Shown here one piece after another: positions 10,910-31,709 of a stretch of DNA of 64,000 bases (position 1 is its first letter; every line of letters begins with the position of its first letter). The stretch comes from Phaeosaccion multiseriatum (Eukaryota; Protista; Ochrophyta, other classes): NCBI GenBank assembly GCA_965112735.1, contig OZ218951.1, positions 4,898,001-4,962,000 on the forward strand, read 5' to 3'. Under the pieces are notes generated by a model. That model did not search any database, had not been told where the DNA came from, and worked only from the letters and a program-made list of their open reading frames with translations. Position numbers and translations under genes: made by a program.

Positions 10910-12562
10910 ATGTCGTCTTCGTCGGAGGATGATGGCGTCAACCAAGCTCGGTCGATGAAAGTAAAGATTCCCGTCGAGAGAGGAGGAGGGGGAGGGCGGC
11001 CAGCCGCGTCGGCCGTGTCGGAAGGAGGCGGGGCCGCGTCGAGCGCCAATCGCGGTAGTGGGGGGGGGGGGGGGTGGAAGCGATAGCAGAGGAAGGAGGG
11101 GAAGAGTAAGGGGAGAAGTCGCGAGTGATAGTAGTGGAAGTGGTAGCAGTGTCAGTCGAGGAGGAGGACGAAGAGGAGGACGAGGAGGAGGAGGAGGAGG
11201 AGGAGGAGGAGGAGGAGGAGGAGGAGGAGGGGGGGGGGGAGGAGGAGGAGGAGGAGGGGAAGCGGCGGGAGGCGGAGCTGGAAGTGGGGCAAGAGCGAAA
11301 GGATGGACAGGGGGCGCTTCCCGCAGCAACGGAGCGGCAATGCATGGTCTGATAGACGTCGAAGCCAGTGAGGGGGAGGAGGAGGAGGAGGAGGAGGAGG
11401 AGGAGGAGGAGGAGGAGGAGGAGGACGAGGACGAGGAGGACGAGGAGGAGGAGGAGGAGGAGGAGGATGACGACGAGGGCGACGACACAGACGTTGGCGG
11501 TGAGTATGTGTCTCGTGCAGGGCTTCACGAGCTGCGTACCTCCCGGGGGGGGCGGTGGGGAGGGATTCCCGAATCCCTCTCTGATACCCTATGCACTAGA
11601 GAACGAGGCAGGAATACTCTTTACCTCCTAGTCAGCACTGCGGAAGGGTTTTTCAGGCACAGTCTTCTCCTGTAAGAGTGCTCCACCAAACCATCCGAAA
11701 AAAAACATCTTTGCATGCTGATCTGCCCCTACACACACCTTTGTTTTTTTCTTCTCTGTCCCTCTCTTTGTCCCTCTCTTTCTCTCTCTCGCTCTCTTGC
11801 TCTCTCATCATCTCGCTCTTGTCTCTCTCTCTCTCCCCTCTCCCTGCCTCTCTCTATCTCTTCCCCTCTCTCTCTTTACTCCTACCGCTTCTGCACTCCC
11901 GTCACCGCCACCCCATATCCTCCACAGCTCTCTCGCTCCCCTTTTTGCCCATTTCTTGTGATTGACACCACACTTTTGGATACGACTTTAACTGCACTGT
12001 CAAACTCTGCCCGGCGAGCAGGCCACTTTTCTGCAGCAGGAGGAGGAGGAGGAGGAGGAGGAGGGAGGGGCGTCTTCCTTGGCATCCGAAGTAACAAGAC
12101 TGCCCCCAAAGCTGTGAGGGCTTTCTGCAGGGTACGGTGACGCGATGGATGAAAGGGCGTTTTTTGGGGCGGCAGCGGCGCGCAGAGGGGGGGGCAGGGA
12201 GGGAGAGGGCGGGGTGGGGGGCAGAGGGAGGAAGTACGCCTTTCAATTTGTTTCTCCATCAGCCCCTGTCAGCTCTCTTGTCATCGAATATGTCTTTTGT
12301 CCTCTCTTCCCGCCCCTCCCCGTCCACTACAGTGTGTGACCCTGACCAACCGGACCACCAACCATCTGTACCTCTCCCATCTGTGAATGTGCCATCTGTG
12401 ACGACTGCCTGTGAATCAGGACCTGGTGCGGCTGGCGGACGACGAGGACTGGGAGGCCGAGGAGCTTGCAAGGCTTTTCGCCCTCCTCTGCAAGCAGGTG
12501 TGTGTGTGCGTGTGCGTGTGTGTACGTGTGCGTGTGTGTACGTGTGCGTGTGTGTACGTGTA

Positions 12563-12602
<40 letters not shown>

Positions 12603-14837
12603 TCGGTGTGTGTGTCGGTGGTGCGCGCTACCCTGGCTGATCTCTCTCCCCCTCCCTCCCTCCCTCCTCAGGCCAAGCTGAAGTCTCGGCGGCGCTTCAA
12701 GCTGCTGAGTGAGGGATGCCCTGACCGCCTCGATGGGAGGTTCATGAGCACGCTGGCAGATGCAGGGGTCACGTTCAAGGTGGGCAGTTGGTGATGTAGC
12801 AGAGGCAGTTGGTGACACAGCAGTAGCGGTTGGTGACACAAGTACAAGAGCAGGTGATAGTGTTATGTACAGCAGTAGCAGGGCAGGTGGCAGCAGATAG
12901 GAAGAGTAAGCGTAAGGGAGCTGACGGGCTTATATTTTTATACTCCGTAGTCTAACTTAATTGCGCCTGGGTGTGCCCAAGGGAATTATCAGCGGATGGA
13001 CTGCACTAGAGTGTAGGAGAGTATTGCTTGTCTGTGCGGTGAAGGGGCCTCGCACCCTCTCGCTCTGTGTACCTCACACCCCGTGCTCTCCCTCCATCTC
13101 TTTCTCCCCTTCCCTCTCTTTCTCTCTCCCTTTCCTGCTCACTCTTCCCCTCCTCCCCTTCCACCGAGCGATATTTCCTCTTCCCGCTCCGTCTTTCTAG
13201 CTGTTCCTTCTCTCTCTCTCTCTCTCTTTCTCTTCTCTCTTCTCTCTTCTCCTTTGTCTCTCTCCGCATCTCTCACACTCTATGCCGCACGCCCTCTCTT
13301 CTCTCTGTTTGTGTGTGTGCGCGCGTCACCCTCCCTCCTCCTCCTCCTCCTCCTCCTCCTCCTCCTCCTCCCTTCTCTCTCTCTCTCTCTCTCTCTCTTT
13401 CCCTCTCTCTCTTCCTGTGTGTGTGCGTCACCCCCCCTTGCCCGCTCCGTCCCTCCCTCCCTCCCTCCAGACGGACCAGATGGTCGGGTTGGCCGAGCGA
13501 AGCAATGACACCGCACAGGTCATGACGAAGATGGTAGAGCTCGTGGATGCAGGTACAGTAAGAAGCGAGCCAGCGACTCACTGCTTACCCCTCATCCCCT
13601 CAGCCCCCCCCCCCTCAACCTCCACCCGTCGGCATGTGTGTGTGTGTGTATGTGTGTGTGTGTGTGTGTATGTTTGTGCATAACCTTAAGGCGTGCTTCG
13701 CCTGAGAGACCCCGCCACAGTGGAGCACATTGTATCTGTTGGAGCAGAGCGGTGGGGCCTGGAGAATCGAATGGCCTACGCGGCTCGTATCTGTGAATGC
13801 GCTAGGTCCAAGCGTGACTGCTGCCGAGTGCTTCATGCCTTCGTAGAGGGGCAGAGCTCGGCGGACGCCGCTCGATTTGTGGAGGTGAGGGGAGGAGGGA
13901 GGGTGGGGAGGAGAGAGGGAGGGAGGGAGGGGGGGGGGGGGAGAGGGAGAGGGAGGGAGGGAGAGGGAGGGAGGCAGAGAGACAGGGAGGGAGGGAGGGA
14001 GGGAGGGAGGGAGGGAGGAAGAGGGCAGGAGGGAGGGAGGAGGGGTATGCCACGCTTCCTCCCTTCTCTGCTACTGTCAATTCTTTCGCCCTCTCGCGCA
14101 CACACGCGCACACAGGCACACACACATTCCCACACGCACACACGCGTCCTCTGCCTCCCCTACCCGTGCTTCCGCCCGTCCCCTCCCATGTCCTGCCTTC
14201 TCTGCCTCCCTCTCCCTACCTCACACATTCTCCCTCCATTCTTCCCGACCTGCTCCTCCCTCCTTCCCTCCCGCCCTCCCTCCCCTCCCCTCCCCTCCCC
14301 TCCCCTCCCTCCTCTCTGTCCTCCCCTCCCCCCCCATATGCCCGCCCCTGTGCCCACACGCCTGCCCATACGCCTGCCCTGCCCTTCCGCTCACCCAAAC
14401 CAACCAATCACGGCGCAGGCGGTGCTCAGCCACGACTTCTTCCTGGACTTGGGCGGCCCCCCAGCCTCACAAGTAGTGGGGGAGGTGTTTCCAGACCTTG
14501 TGGGGCTGATGCAAATCGGGAGGGAGGATGTGAGCGCGTCAGACGCGGATGAGGACGGAAACCTTGCCGACTTTGTGGTAGGGGAGGAAGGAATCGATCT
14601 TGAGCGAGGGGATTCAAGTCAGGAGAGAAGAAGAGTAGGGGGGAAACGAAAGCGCCCAAGGAAACTACAGCAGAACGGTGGCAAGGCCAATGGGAAGAAG
14701 AGGGGCAGCGGCAGCGGCAGCGGTAGTAGTAGTGGGGGTGGTAGTAGTCGGAACAGAGGAGGGCGCGGCAATGGTGATGAGGTTGTGATTGACTCTGGCG
14801 AGGAGGATGAGGAGGAAGAGGATGATGATGCTGCTGC

Positions 14838-14873
<36 letters not shown>

Positions 14874-15282
14874 CGATGGTGATGAAGATGAGGACGGCGA
14901 CAGTGACGAGGAGGAAGAGGGTAGCGACGGTGAGGGTCATGACCAAGGAGGGGCAGCGAGTAGTGGGCGCAGCAGCAGCGCGGCTCGCCGGCGGGGCGGG
15001 GGTGGCAATCGCCGCCCGACCAAACCCAAAAAGAAAAGGCGGCGAATAGTAGAGAGTGACCACGACGACGAATCAACATATGGTGATGACCATGATAGTG
15101 GTGATGACGACGATGATGATGACGATGATGGCAATGGGGGTGGTCGGCATGGGGCAGGGGGGCGCAGGGGGGGGCAGCGAGGGACGGGGGGAGAGGGCAG
15201 GGCGAGCGACGACGAAGGCTTCGAGGAGGATGACTGGAGGAACGACGAGGAGTTGACCGCTCAGATGGAGGAGGATGAATGA
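10910..15282 (+). CDS. Hypothetical acidic/Gly-rich, probably nuclear protein with a central helical domain (about 7 exons)
   Basis: Phase-consistent exons: ...DDTDVG|AGG..RGVFLGIRSNKTAPKAVRAFCR|DLVRLADDEDWEAEELARLFALLCKQ|AKLKSRRRFKLL..VTFK|TDQMVGL..VDA|GVLRLRDP..RFVE|AVLSHDFF..DADEDGNLADFVV..KRKRPRK..KKKRRR (NLS-like). Exon 1 needs a 1-nt correction in the G run at 11060-11074. Confidence 0.6.
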
Positions 15283-15954
15283 ATGATGACTGCTGTGACT
15301 TTTACTCATGATGTGTGATGACCCATGGCTCATGACTCACGACTGACGGACGGCCTCAAGAACTGATGACGACTCATGATGACTTGGCTCATGGCTGATG
15401 ATGACGGATGAGCACAACGGATTGGATTGGATTGTATTGGGATGTGCCGGATAACCACACGTGTAGGGGGGGGATGGATGTCTAACGGGTTAATGGGGGC
15501 CAGCTGGGGCGGAAGGAATACGGTGGCGGCGTGGGACGGATAGCAGTCGACGATGAATGGCAACCATAAATGGGGGGGAAGGTGTGGCATGGATGGACAC
15601 ACTGGAGAATGAATGAGCTCAGCATCCCGCACAATTGTTTTGCGACCAACAGTGAAGAAGTGTTGATCTGGTGTTGAGACACTGTCGCTCAGAAGCATGC
15701 AGGAATCCCGGGAGGCCGTGAGTGCCATCTGTGTACACGAAGGGTTCCGTAAGACATTACTTTTAGACAATCATAGATGGCACTTTTATTCAACAATGGT
15801 TCCGTAAATTTTTGATACGTGATACCCACATTCGCTCTTGTTTCCTCTTCCCCTCTTCCTCTTCCTTCTTCACCATCTATAATAATGAACTGAACTATTT
15901 GAACTCTTGCTTGGGTTAATTAGCCGGGAAAGGAGGCAGGCAAGTCCTCAAAGT

Positions 15955-17323
15955 ATGGTGAATGCGGAGGCTGACGAGAGGAAAGAGGAGGACTCAAAAA
16001 AGTATGGAGGCCTCTTGGCTCAGGGCGGAGACAACAACAAGAACAACACGGTCCCTCTCTTGATCCTGGGCGGGGTCATCCTGGGCATAGCAGGCAATGT
16101 GATGGTAGCCAAAAGGGCAGGCCCCACCATCGCCAGCCAGACGAGGAGACACACCGAGCGACTCCGTAAGTCGGAGCACCTGAGGCGCCGGCGAACGATG
16201 AAGAGCCCGGAGCTGAGAGCGGCCACGCGGACGGCCCGGACTACAGCGCAGGCGGCGCAATCTCGCATCATGGCGTTACAGTATTCGAGCCCGCAAAAGC
16301 TGGACAAGGTCCAGAGGAGGCTCACAGAGGAGTTCCAGAAGAGGTACGAAGCGAGGGAAGGCTGGCAGGGAGGCAGGCAGACAGCAGATACAGACGGGCA
16401 GGGGGGTAGGCAGGCAGGCAGGGATGTAGGCGGGCCGGCAGGGAGGCAGGCAGGCGGGCAGGCAAACCCCTTGCTAATTGTTGAGTTGTTTTCATCGCTT
16501 CCCTCTCACTCCTCCTATGATCCATCTCCATCAGCAGCCGGGGAGGAGTAGCAGCCGAGTCCCTGCCGAAGCATGACATCGGTAAGCAAATCCCCTGGAG
16601 GAGGAGAGGGGAGGAGCGGAGCGACGAAGAGAGGAGAGGAGAGGACAGGAAAGGAGAGGGGAGCATGCCACCGGGCTCTGCTCTGGCCCTTGTCCTTTGT
16701 GAAAGGCTCTGCCATGGTGCCCCCACTCTCTTTCCACCTTCTAAGTATTGTTTGAGCCTATCCTTTCGAGTGTATGGTGTGTGAATGAATGTAGCGCTGT
16801 GTGTATGTCCTCCCCTTCCTCCACAGATTCCTTAGTGCAAGCCCTTTCCACGCCAACTGGCGACGATCTTTATGAAGGAGATTGGGAGTTCGTGGGCAAT
16901 GAAGACGACAGCAGTAGCAACAGGAGCAGCAGCAGTAGAGGGGCTTCCTCCGTCTCTCCCGGAGAGGCAGAGGCAGAAGGAGGAGCCGCGCCCTTGCCAG
17001 ATGGCTACATCCAAGACGAAGACGACGACTGGTCCGATGGATCACCGACACCTGTACCTGCAAAGGTGATAGGAGGCTACAAGAGACGTGTGCTGACGAG
17101 CAAGGTGGTGGAGAGTCTTGGGCTGCTGGGCTTTGACGTGGCGCGGAACGGCCTGGTGTCTCTGGCAGATGTGGAGCTTGCGTACCGTGCCCAGAAGGTT
17201 GGCTATGAGATGGGCCTGTCTGGTAGGGAGGGAGGGGGAGGGGCAGCACGTGCGGCGGAAGACAAGGCGAACTTTGAAAAGGTTCAGCTGGCGTACTTTT
17301 TTTTGAAGGAGGACTTCTATTAG
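15955..17323 (+). CDS. Single-TM protein with a C-terminal degenerate J-like domain lacking HPD (3 exons)
   Basis: Exons 15955-16343, 16538-16581 and 16827-17323 join in phase. TM segment VPLLILGGVILGIAGNVMV. The C-terminus LGLLGFD..SLADVELAYRAQ...NFEKVQLAYFFLK resembles J-domain helices. Confidence 0.6.
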
Positions 17324-17568
17324 TCTATTAGTTAGTCACTACTTGCTGAAGGAAGGCTTCCATTCATGTAGGTACGCTCGCTGTGTGGGTGGGATTTGGC
17401 GTGGGTGTCACATGTACATGGGGGGGGAGGGGAGGCACGACACGCACACAATCACACGCACGCACGCACACACACACATTGTCTCTTCTTGGGATGCAAA
17501 CTGTTGGGGGCACTGAAAACACTACTCGATCACAATAGATATGTAGGTAAATAATATGGGTGAGAGGG

Positions 17569-17812
17569 AAGAATCGCCCAAATCGCCCGTTTTTTAGGGA
17601 TCGGGCGGCAAGGGGGAGTGCTCCTGCGGAAATGCCGAAAACTACAATGTAGGGAAGGAAGGAGGGAAGGAAGGACGGAAGGAAGGGAGGGGCGAAAGAC
17701 GAGAGACTCTATGTCGGTGGGCATCTCAAAGAGCTACACTAAAGCGCTTCTCCCAGCATCATTTTGCTGCACGTGTCCAAAAACTTTATTTCAGGCGATT
17801 TGGGCGATTCTT
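17569..17812. mobile_element. MITE-like element or relic bounded by a 19-bp perfect inverted repeat
   Basis: aagaatcgcccaaatcgcc (17569-17587) and ggcgatttgggcgattctt (17794-17812); non-coding interior; no target-site duplication seen. Confidence 0.4.
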
Positions 17813-18220
17813 ACGCAAATCGAGAGTTAAAATTAAAAAAATAAATACCAAAAAGTTATGGAAGTTAATAATGAGGCATCTCCAAGGCCCATCTCCCTCA
17901 AAAGTGTGATTTGTGTATAGCACAAGCAAGTGGCTGCGAAGTGCTTCTGGTGCGATAAGCAAGGTGTGTGGTGTGTGGTGTATGTGTGTGTATGGTGGAC
18001 GCTCAAAATTGGCTTGTTGTGTTGTGGTGCCCAAAAATCGTCTCATACAGGCGGCGTGTAGTGTGAGTGGTCTGCTGCAGCCCTTTCCTTCTTTGTAGCT
18101 GCGAAACCGTCAGCCAGTTGCCCTCTGTTGCCGTTGCCCCCAGTCAGTCGCTCAGTTCCTTCTTTTCTGTGCAAAGAGCGTTGTGATGTATGTGAATGAC
18201 GCATCTCTCTCCCCTCTCCT

Positions 18221-21200
18221 CTACATGAGAGACAGCAGGGTGATGGAGGTGGTGACCGCACATGCCAACACGCCGCCCACAATCAACACCACGTCCGCCA
18301 GCTCCCGCAGCAAACCCATCCTGCCCTGAAACAGGCACAGATGGAAGAGGGGCGGCAAGATGAAGGACGAAACCGTAATCGCACCCCCGCCAATAAGGCT
18401 CACCGCCACCCCGAAGTTGGGGATGGTGACGGCGAGGAGGCCTGTCAGCAGGACCAAACCTGCCCGAATGGCCACGAACAGGGAGCGCTGGTGCCCGCTC
18501 CACCACGGGGAGATGACAGCGTCGACGGAGAAGTCCGGGGCAGCGGCGGAGGACACGAGTCGTTTGCTTCTGCTGCCGCTGCTGCTGCCGCTCCTCTTCG
18601 ACCTCTGTCTCTCTGTCGAGGGAGGAGGGGGGCGGGGTAGCAGGCGCTCCTCACTGCCTGCCCTTCCCCTTCCCCAAGCCTCTGTATCGAAGCCTCCCTC
18701 TTCGCCGTCTCCCGCTGCTGCTGCCGCTGCCTCTGCCGCTGCCGCTCCTTTTACTGCTGCTGCTGCTGCTCCTCCTCCTGCTGCTGCTGCTCCTACTGCT
18801 CCTACTGCTGCTACTGTTGCTCCTGATGTTGCTACCGCTGTTTGGGTACCTGATGTTGCTACCGCTGTTTGGGTGGGAGTAGTCGCTTCAAGAGCACCGT
18901 AAGATGGCCTGCTCACTACAGCAGACAGGGAAGTCGGGGCATCAAAGTACTTCCGATCAGAGGCTGTTGGCGGTGTGAGTGTGTTTGGCGCTGTGGGTGT
19001 GCGCGTCTCCTCCTCCTCTTCCTCCTCCTCCTCCTCCTCCTCCTCCTCCTCCTCCTCCTCCTCCTCCTCCTCCTCCTCCTGGCGAGGACTCCACTTCCTT
19101 CCTTCGGTCCCTCCTGTGTTGGCTCGTGAAGACCCTAAAGATGATGACGATGCCGAGTCAACTGCCGAGACGAGCCCACACAAGCGCTCCACCGTGCGGC
19201 ATAGAGGATACAGCACCACGGGGTAAGTCAGCAAAAGACCGAGGCCCACGAGGAGGCGTAGGAGGGAGAAGATGGCAGCATTTGGCAAACTGTCGAGAAA
19301 ATTGTCGCTGATCCCGTCCTTGAAATGCGAACTGAGTGGATTAGATGTGGTTGCATTGGGTTGGAATAGAGGTGTGGGAGAGTCAAGGAAAAGTCAACAA
19401 TGAAGGAAGGGATGGGGGTGGGAGGCAGGGGGAGGGAGGGCGGGGGTAGCAGAGGAGGAAGAGAGAAGAAAGTCAGTCCAGCGCTGTCGCTCTTGCCTCT
19501 TCCTTTAAAGCGGTGCGCCTGCCTTCTCCTTCCCCCCTCTCCTCCCTCTTCTCCATCCTTCTCCTCCCTTCCTTCCCTCTCCCCGTGCCTCTCATCCTCT
19601 TCACCCTCCACATGCCTCACTCACTCACTCACTCACTCCCTCACTCCCTCACGCACGCACTCACTCACTCACTCACTCACTCACTGACTCATTCGCTCAC
19701 TGACTCACTCACTCACCCACCCACTCACTCATTCACTCATTCACTCACTCACACACTCACTCGTAAATAAAGGCGATGCCCCCCCCCACGACGACGAATA
19801 TGAGCCAAACAAAGGGTGCAGAAGTGTCGTACACGAAAAGGAACTTGGAGGGTTCCGCCATGGACTCCTACGTAGTCGGGAGAAGAGACAGCAAAGGCAC
19901 AAAGGAAAGGCACAAGGAACGCAGCAAGCAACGGCAGGGTTTACAGAGCAAAAGCAACAAGCAAGGGGCAAGAGCAAAAGCGCAGAGCCAAGACAAGATC
20001 CAAGGCCATGAGAGAGCAAACGGGAAAGGCAACAGTGGGTGCGGAGGGAGAGGCAAGAGGTGTGCAGGAGTGAGTGGAAAGATGACAGATACTTGAGGGG
20101 GGTGGACAATGGTGGATCCTTTTGCCACGCCTTTTGAGTGAAGAGCAGATAGTCTTCACACCGCTCTCCTCCTATCCGACAACCTTGGGTGCCCCTCTCG
20201 CCACCTTCCCATGCCCCCTATCCTATCCGCCCATGGGCGTCGAACAAGAAGGATGGCAGATACGAAAGGACAGGGTAGAGGAGCACATCTCTCTCTCTGA
20301 AACACTCTCTCACACACAAAACCCAGCCCCACTCCCCCCCCCCCGCTCTCTCTCTCCAACACACACGCACGCAAACACCCACACCCCCACTCTTCCTCGT
20401 CTCCCACTCGCTCACCCACCCACCCACCCACCCACTCTCTCTTTATCGTAACTTCTCTCTCATCTCTCACCAGAATATTGTAGCTAAAGACCGGCAAGTT
20501 GTAGGCATACATGCAGCATCCAAAAAACGACGCCATGCCCTCGGCTCCATCCGGCCAAAGCAAGCCCATCGAATCGAGTGAAGCCAGGCTGGCAGACGGC
20601 ACCCCATACCAGACAATGCCCAGCACCAGCGTCAGCAATACGGAGACGAGAATGGCGGTGCACCCGAAGGCAGAAACCTTGGCCAAGGGGGTGAGGCTAC
20701 GCAGGAAGGTCAGGGGGAAGACGATGACCGCGTAGAGCGCGATATTGGCCTTGCCCGACGGGCTGGACGGCGGCGAGGACGAGCAGCAGGGTGAGGTGGG
20801 GTCGTCGTCGTCGTATGCACCACCACCACCACCCCTTCTACTACCAGCCTCGCTCCCTCCGGGGGGCTGCCCCCCCTGGAAGCCAGGCACCACCCCGCCG
20901 AAGGGAAAGGAATCCTCCTCCATCCCCACCACCGCGATGGGTGGAGGGGTTGAGAAGGACAAAGCCGGTAGTAGTACCTCCTCCTCTCCTTCTCCAATGT
21001 GCAGGTAGAAGGGTGTAGTGGAGAGGAGGTGGTTGACTGCGATGAGATACACAACACATCCCCCTACAATGACGAGGGCGAGGCTGATCTCCACTAACCA
21101 CATGCCCGCGCTGCCCATCGCGAGTCGCCCTACAGCAGGGTAGGTGGCCATAGTCTTGGTCCTCACCACAAACTCTGCTCGTGCACTGTCCATTGCCCCG

Positions 21201-21673
21201 CCTGCATTAGCTCCTCCTGCTGCTACTGTGGCGGCTGTTGCTGCTGCTGTTGCTGCTGCGGCTACTGTTTTTGCCTTTCCTACGGCCTGCTCGCCCCCCT
21301 CCTCCTCGTCGTTGTCCTCGTCCTCCCCCTCCTCGATGGAGCTCATGGTGTACCCTCGCTGCACCGCTGCTGCTCTTTGTTGCTGCCGCTCGAGCTCGGC
21401 CTTAATGATCATCTGAGTCGCCAGACACGCGCGCGTCCACAGCAGAATCACTGTCACAACACAAAAGGGAAGGTGTGCTGGTGAGTCGAGGTGACAGCAG
21501 AGTGGGAAAGAACAACGGAAAGACAAAGAAAGTGTGGTCCCTAACCTCTTACCCGTGATGCCAATCATGCCGATGCCCAGCCCGCTCGAATGAAAGGCCA
21601 TGGGCACGGCCAAGATTCCAGTTCCGAAGGCGAGCTTCATCATGTGAGCGCAGGTGTCTGGAACAGATGACAT
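18221..21673 (-). CDS. Amino-acid permease (Aa_trans/AAAP, SLC36/AVT-like); the true 5' end may extend to about 22000
   Basis: MMKLAFGTGILAVPMAF, TYPAVGRLAMG, PLTFLRSLTPLAKVS, FFGCCMYAY, YNIL|ESMAEPSKF (exon about 19868-19762), LLTYPVVLYP, IPNFGVAVSLIGG..SFILPPLFHL; multiple TM segments. Confidence 0.9.
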
Positions 21674-22224
21674 GATCTTGAGTGGACACGACAAAGCAGA
21701 GGGGAAGGGTTTGCTGTAAGATCAATCAGTGCTTACACCCAACGACACTTTGGGAGGAGGAGGAAGATCACGCGACCCAAGGAAGGGTGGTGAATGATAG
21801 GGTCACAGTGCTTCAGTGCGCCAGCTGCGAAAGAAAGAAAGAAAGCACGAAAGAAAAGACACGTGTTTAAGAAAAAATTAAAATAACTACCTTCTCGCCG
21901 TGAACTTCTCCCTCACGCTGACCCTCTAACGATGACTTCCAGGACGGTACTCTCAGCTTAAATGAGCCCTCATGTAGAGGATGAGTTTCTCTCTCTTCCC
22001 TTAAATAATGGTGTGGGTGTGAAGAGATTTGAGAGATGTTGATAAAAGTAATGAATTAATGACATAATTTCCTTTTCCTCTCTTCCTCCTTCTCTCTTTC
22101 CTCCTCTCCTCAGGCTCTGATTCACTCCGGTACACACCCGCGTCGTATATAGAGTGCTCACTGCTGCCTACAACTCGTGAGCGCCTGGTTGCGGCTGCAG
22201 CTCAGGTCAATTGGTGAGATAAGA

Positions 22225-30406
<8,182 letters not shown>

Positions 30407-31709
30407 TACAGCACCACACTCATATAGGTAGGTAGGTAGGTAGGTAGGTAGGTAGGTAGGTAGGTAGGTAGGCAGGGAGGTAGGTAGGTAGGTAGGTAGG
30501 TAGGTAGATGGGTCGCATGAGCTCCTCTTTCCGCGTCCAGTACTCTTCTCTCTACTTACACACCACTCGCTACACGGTCGCACGGCCACACGGCCACACG
30601 GTCGTCGAGGTGGGAAGGTGGTCGATGGATAGGCAGACCTGACCGCCCCATCCAATGGAGCAATGGAGCGATGGATGGGGGAGACACTCCCAATAACACG
30701 ATGATAATGATGATGATGATGATGATGATGACGATGCTTCCTGCTCGCCTCTCGGCCTGGGCTTCTCGCCTCCTCTGGTGGATGGTCTGCCGTTGGCGCC
30801 TTGCATGCCAGAGGCAGGCCCCGGTGGCTGGTGCGAGCACAACATACCCAACCCAGTCCTCTATCTAGCACTTGTGATAGGGTCAGCGGAGGGGTCCCGT
30901 CCCTCCCTCCCCCCCCCCCTCTCTCCGAGAAGGCCAAACAGGGCGTCACATGAGACAGTGATGACGGTGGGTGCCATGGTCGCCGCCTGAGGGGCCTGAA
31001 GGTGTAAACAAACGCCTCCCGACTACCACGCATCGTACCACGTACACGGGCAGGAGCAGCAGGACCAGAGAGAGCGCCAAAATGTAACGGCCGAAACGGA
31101 CGGCCGAGAAGGTCTGGTTGCAGTTTTCTGTATCCACGGGCTGCGCTGGGCTGCCTCTCTCCGCCCGCCTCCGGATTGTGGAGTTGAGCGGGCAAACGGC
31201 AAACGGCAAACGGCAAACGGGCTCACAAAGACGGTGGTGGAGGCTGCAACCCTCCCTCCTCTCCTCCGTTGTGGAAGCCTCGCCGGCTTGCTGAACTGAG
31301 CTGTGTTGCGCTGGGTTGCTGGCTTTGCAAACCGCACGTGAGCGTGAGCTACCATCAGCTGCCATCCCATGTTCATCATCCTCAGGTTCCTCCTGCTCAT
31401 CCTCGCTGCTCTCACTGAGTGCCCAGCCAGTCTCTCGTGGTTTTCGACCGCTCAATCGCTCAGTCGCTCGCTTGGTCGTTGCTCTGGCTGAGTCGCTCAA
31501 ACCTTCGGTCCCTCCTTCCCTCGTTCCGTCACGCTGCCTCAGGCTATCGCTCAGTGATCGCCCAATCGCCGAATCGCGCAGTCGTCGCTCTTCGGGGAAT
31601 TGCCTGTCCCTCACTTCCTCAGCCATTTCTTCACACCGGACGAGCTGACTCACTCTCTCTCCATCGCTCAGTCTCTTCGTCTTCCTTAAGTCGTCAGTCC
31701 CTCATTCCC

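Larger units (their letters stand above)
505..11230. repeat. Tandem segmental duplication (unit 1 about 505-5250, unit 2 about 5578-11230)
   Basis: The 3' flank (ttaaaacgaccacggctggcggatagtggcgctgtacaatagg...), introns, exons and the start of the divergent neighbour gene are all shared at high identity. Confidence 0.9.

Noticed and set aside
11060-11074. Apparent frameshift in exon 1 of the acidic protein (programmed frameshift or phase variation)
   Set aside because: It falls in a G homopolymer of about 15 nt, so a sequencing or assembly indel is the simplest explanation.
15283-15412. Box C/D-like ATGATGA and CTGA motifs after the stop codon
   Set aside because: They sit in degenerate (GAT/GAC)n sequence continuing the Asp-rich repeats. 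I found no terminal stem or rRNA-complementary guide.
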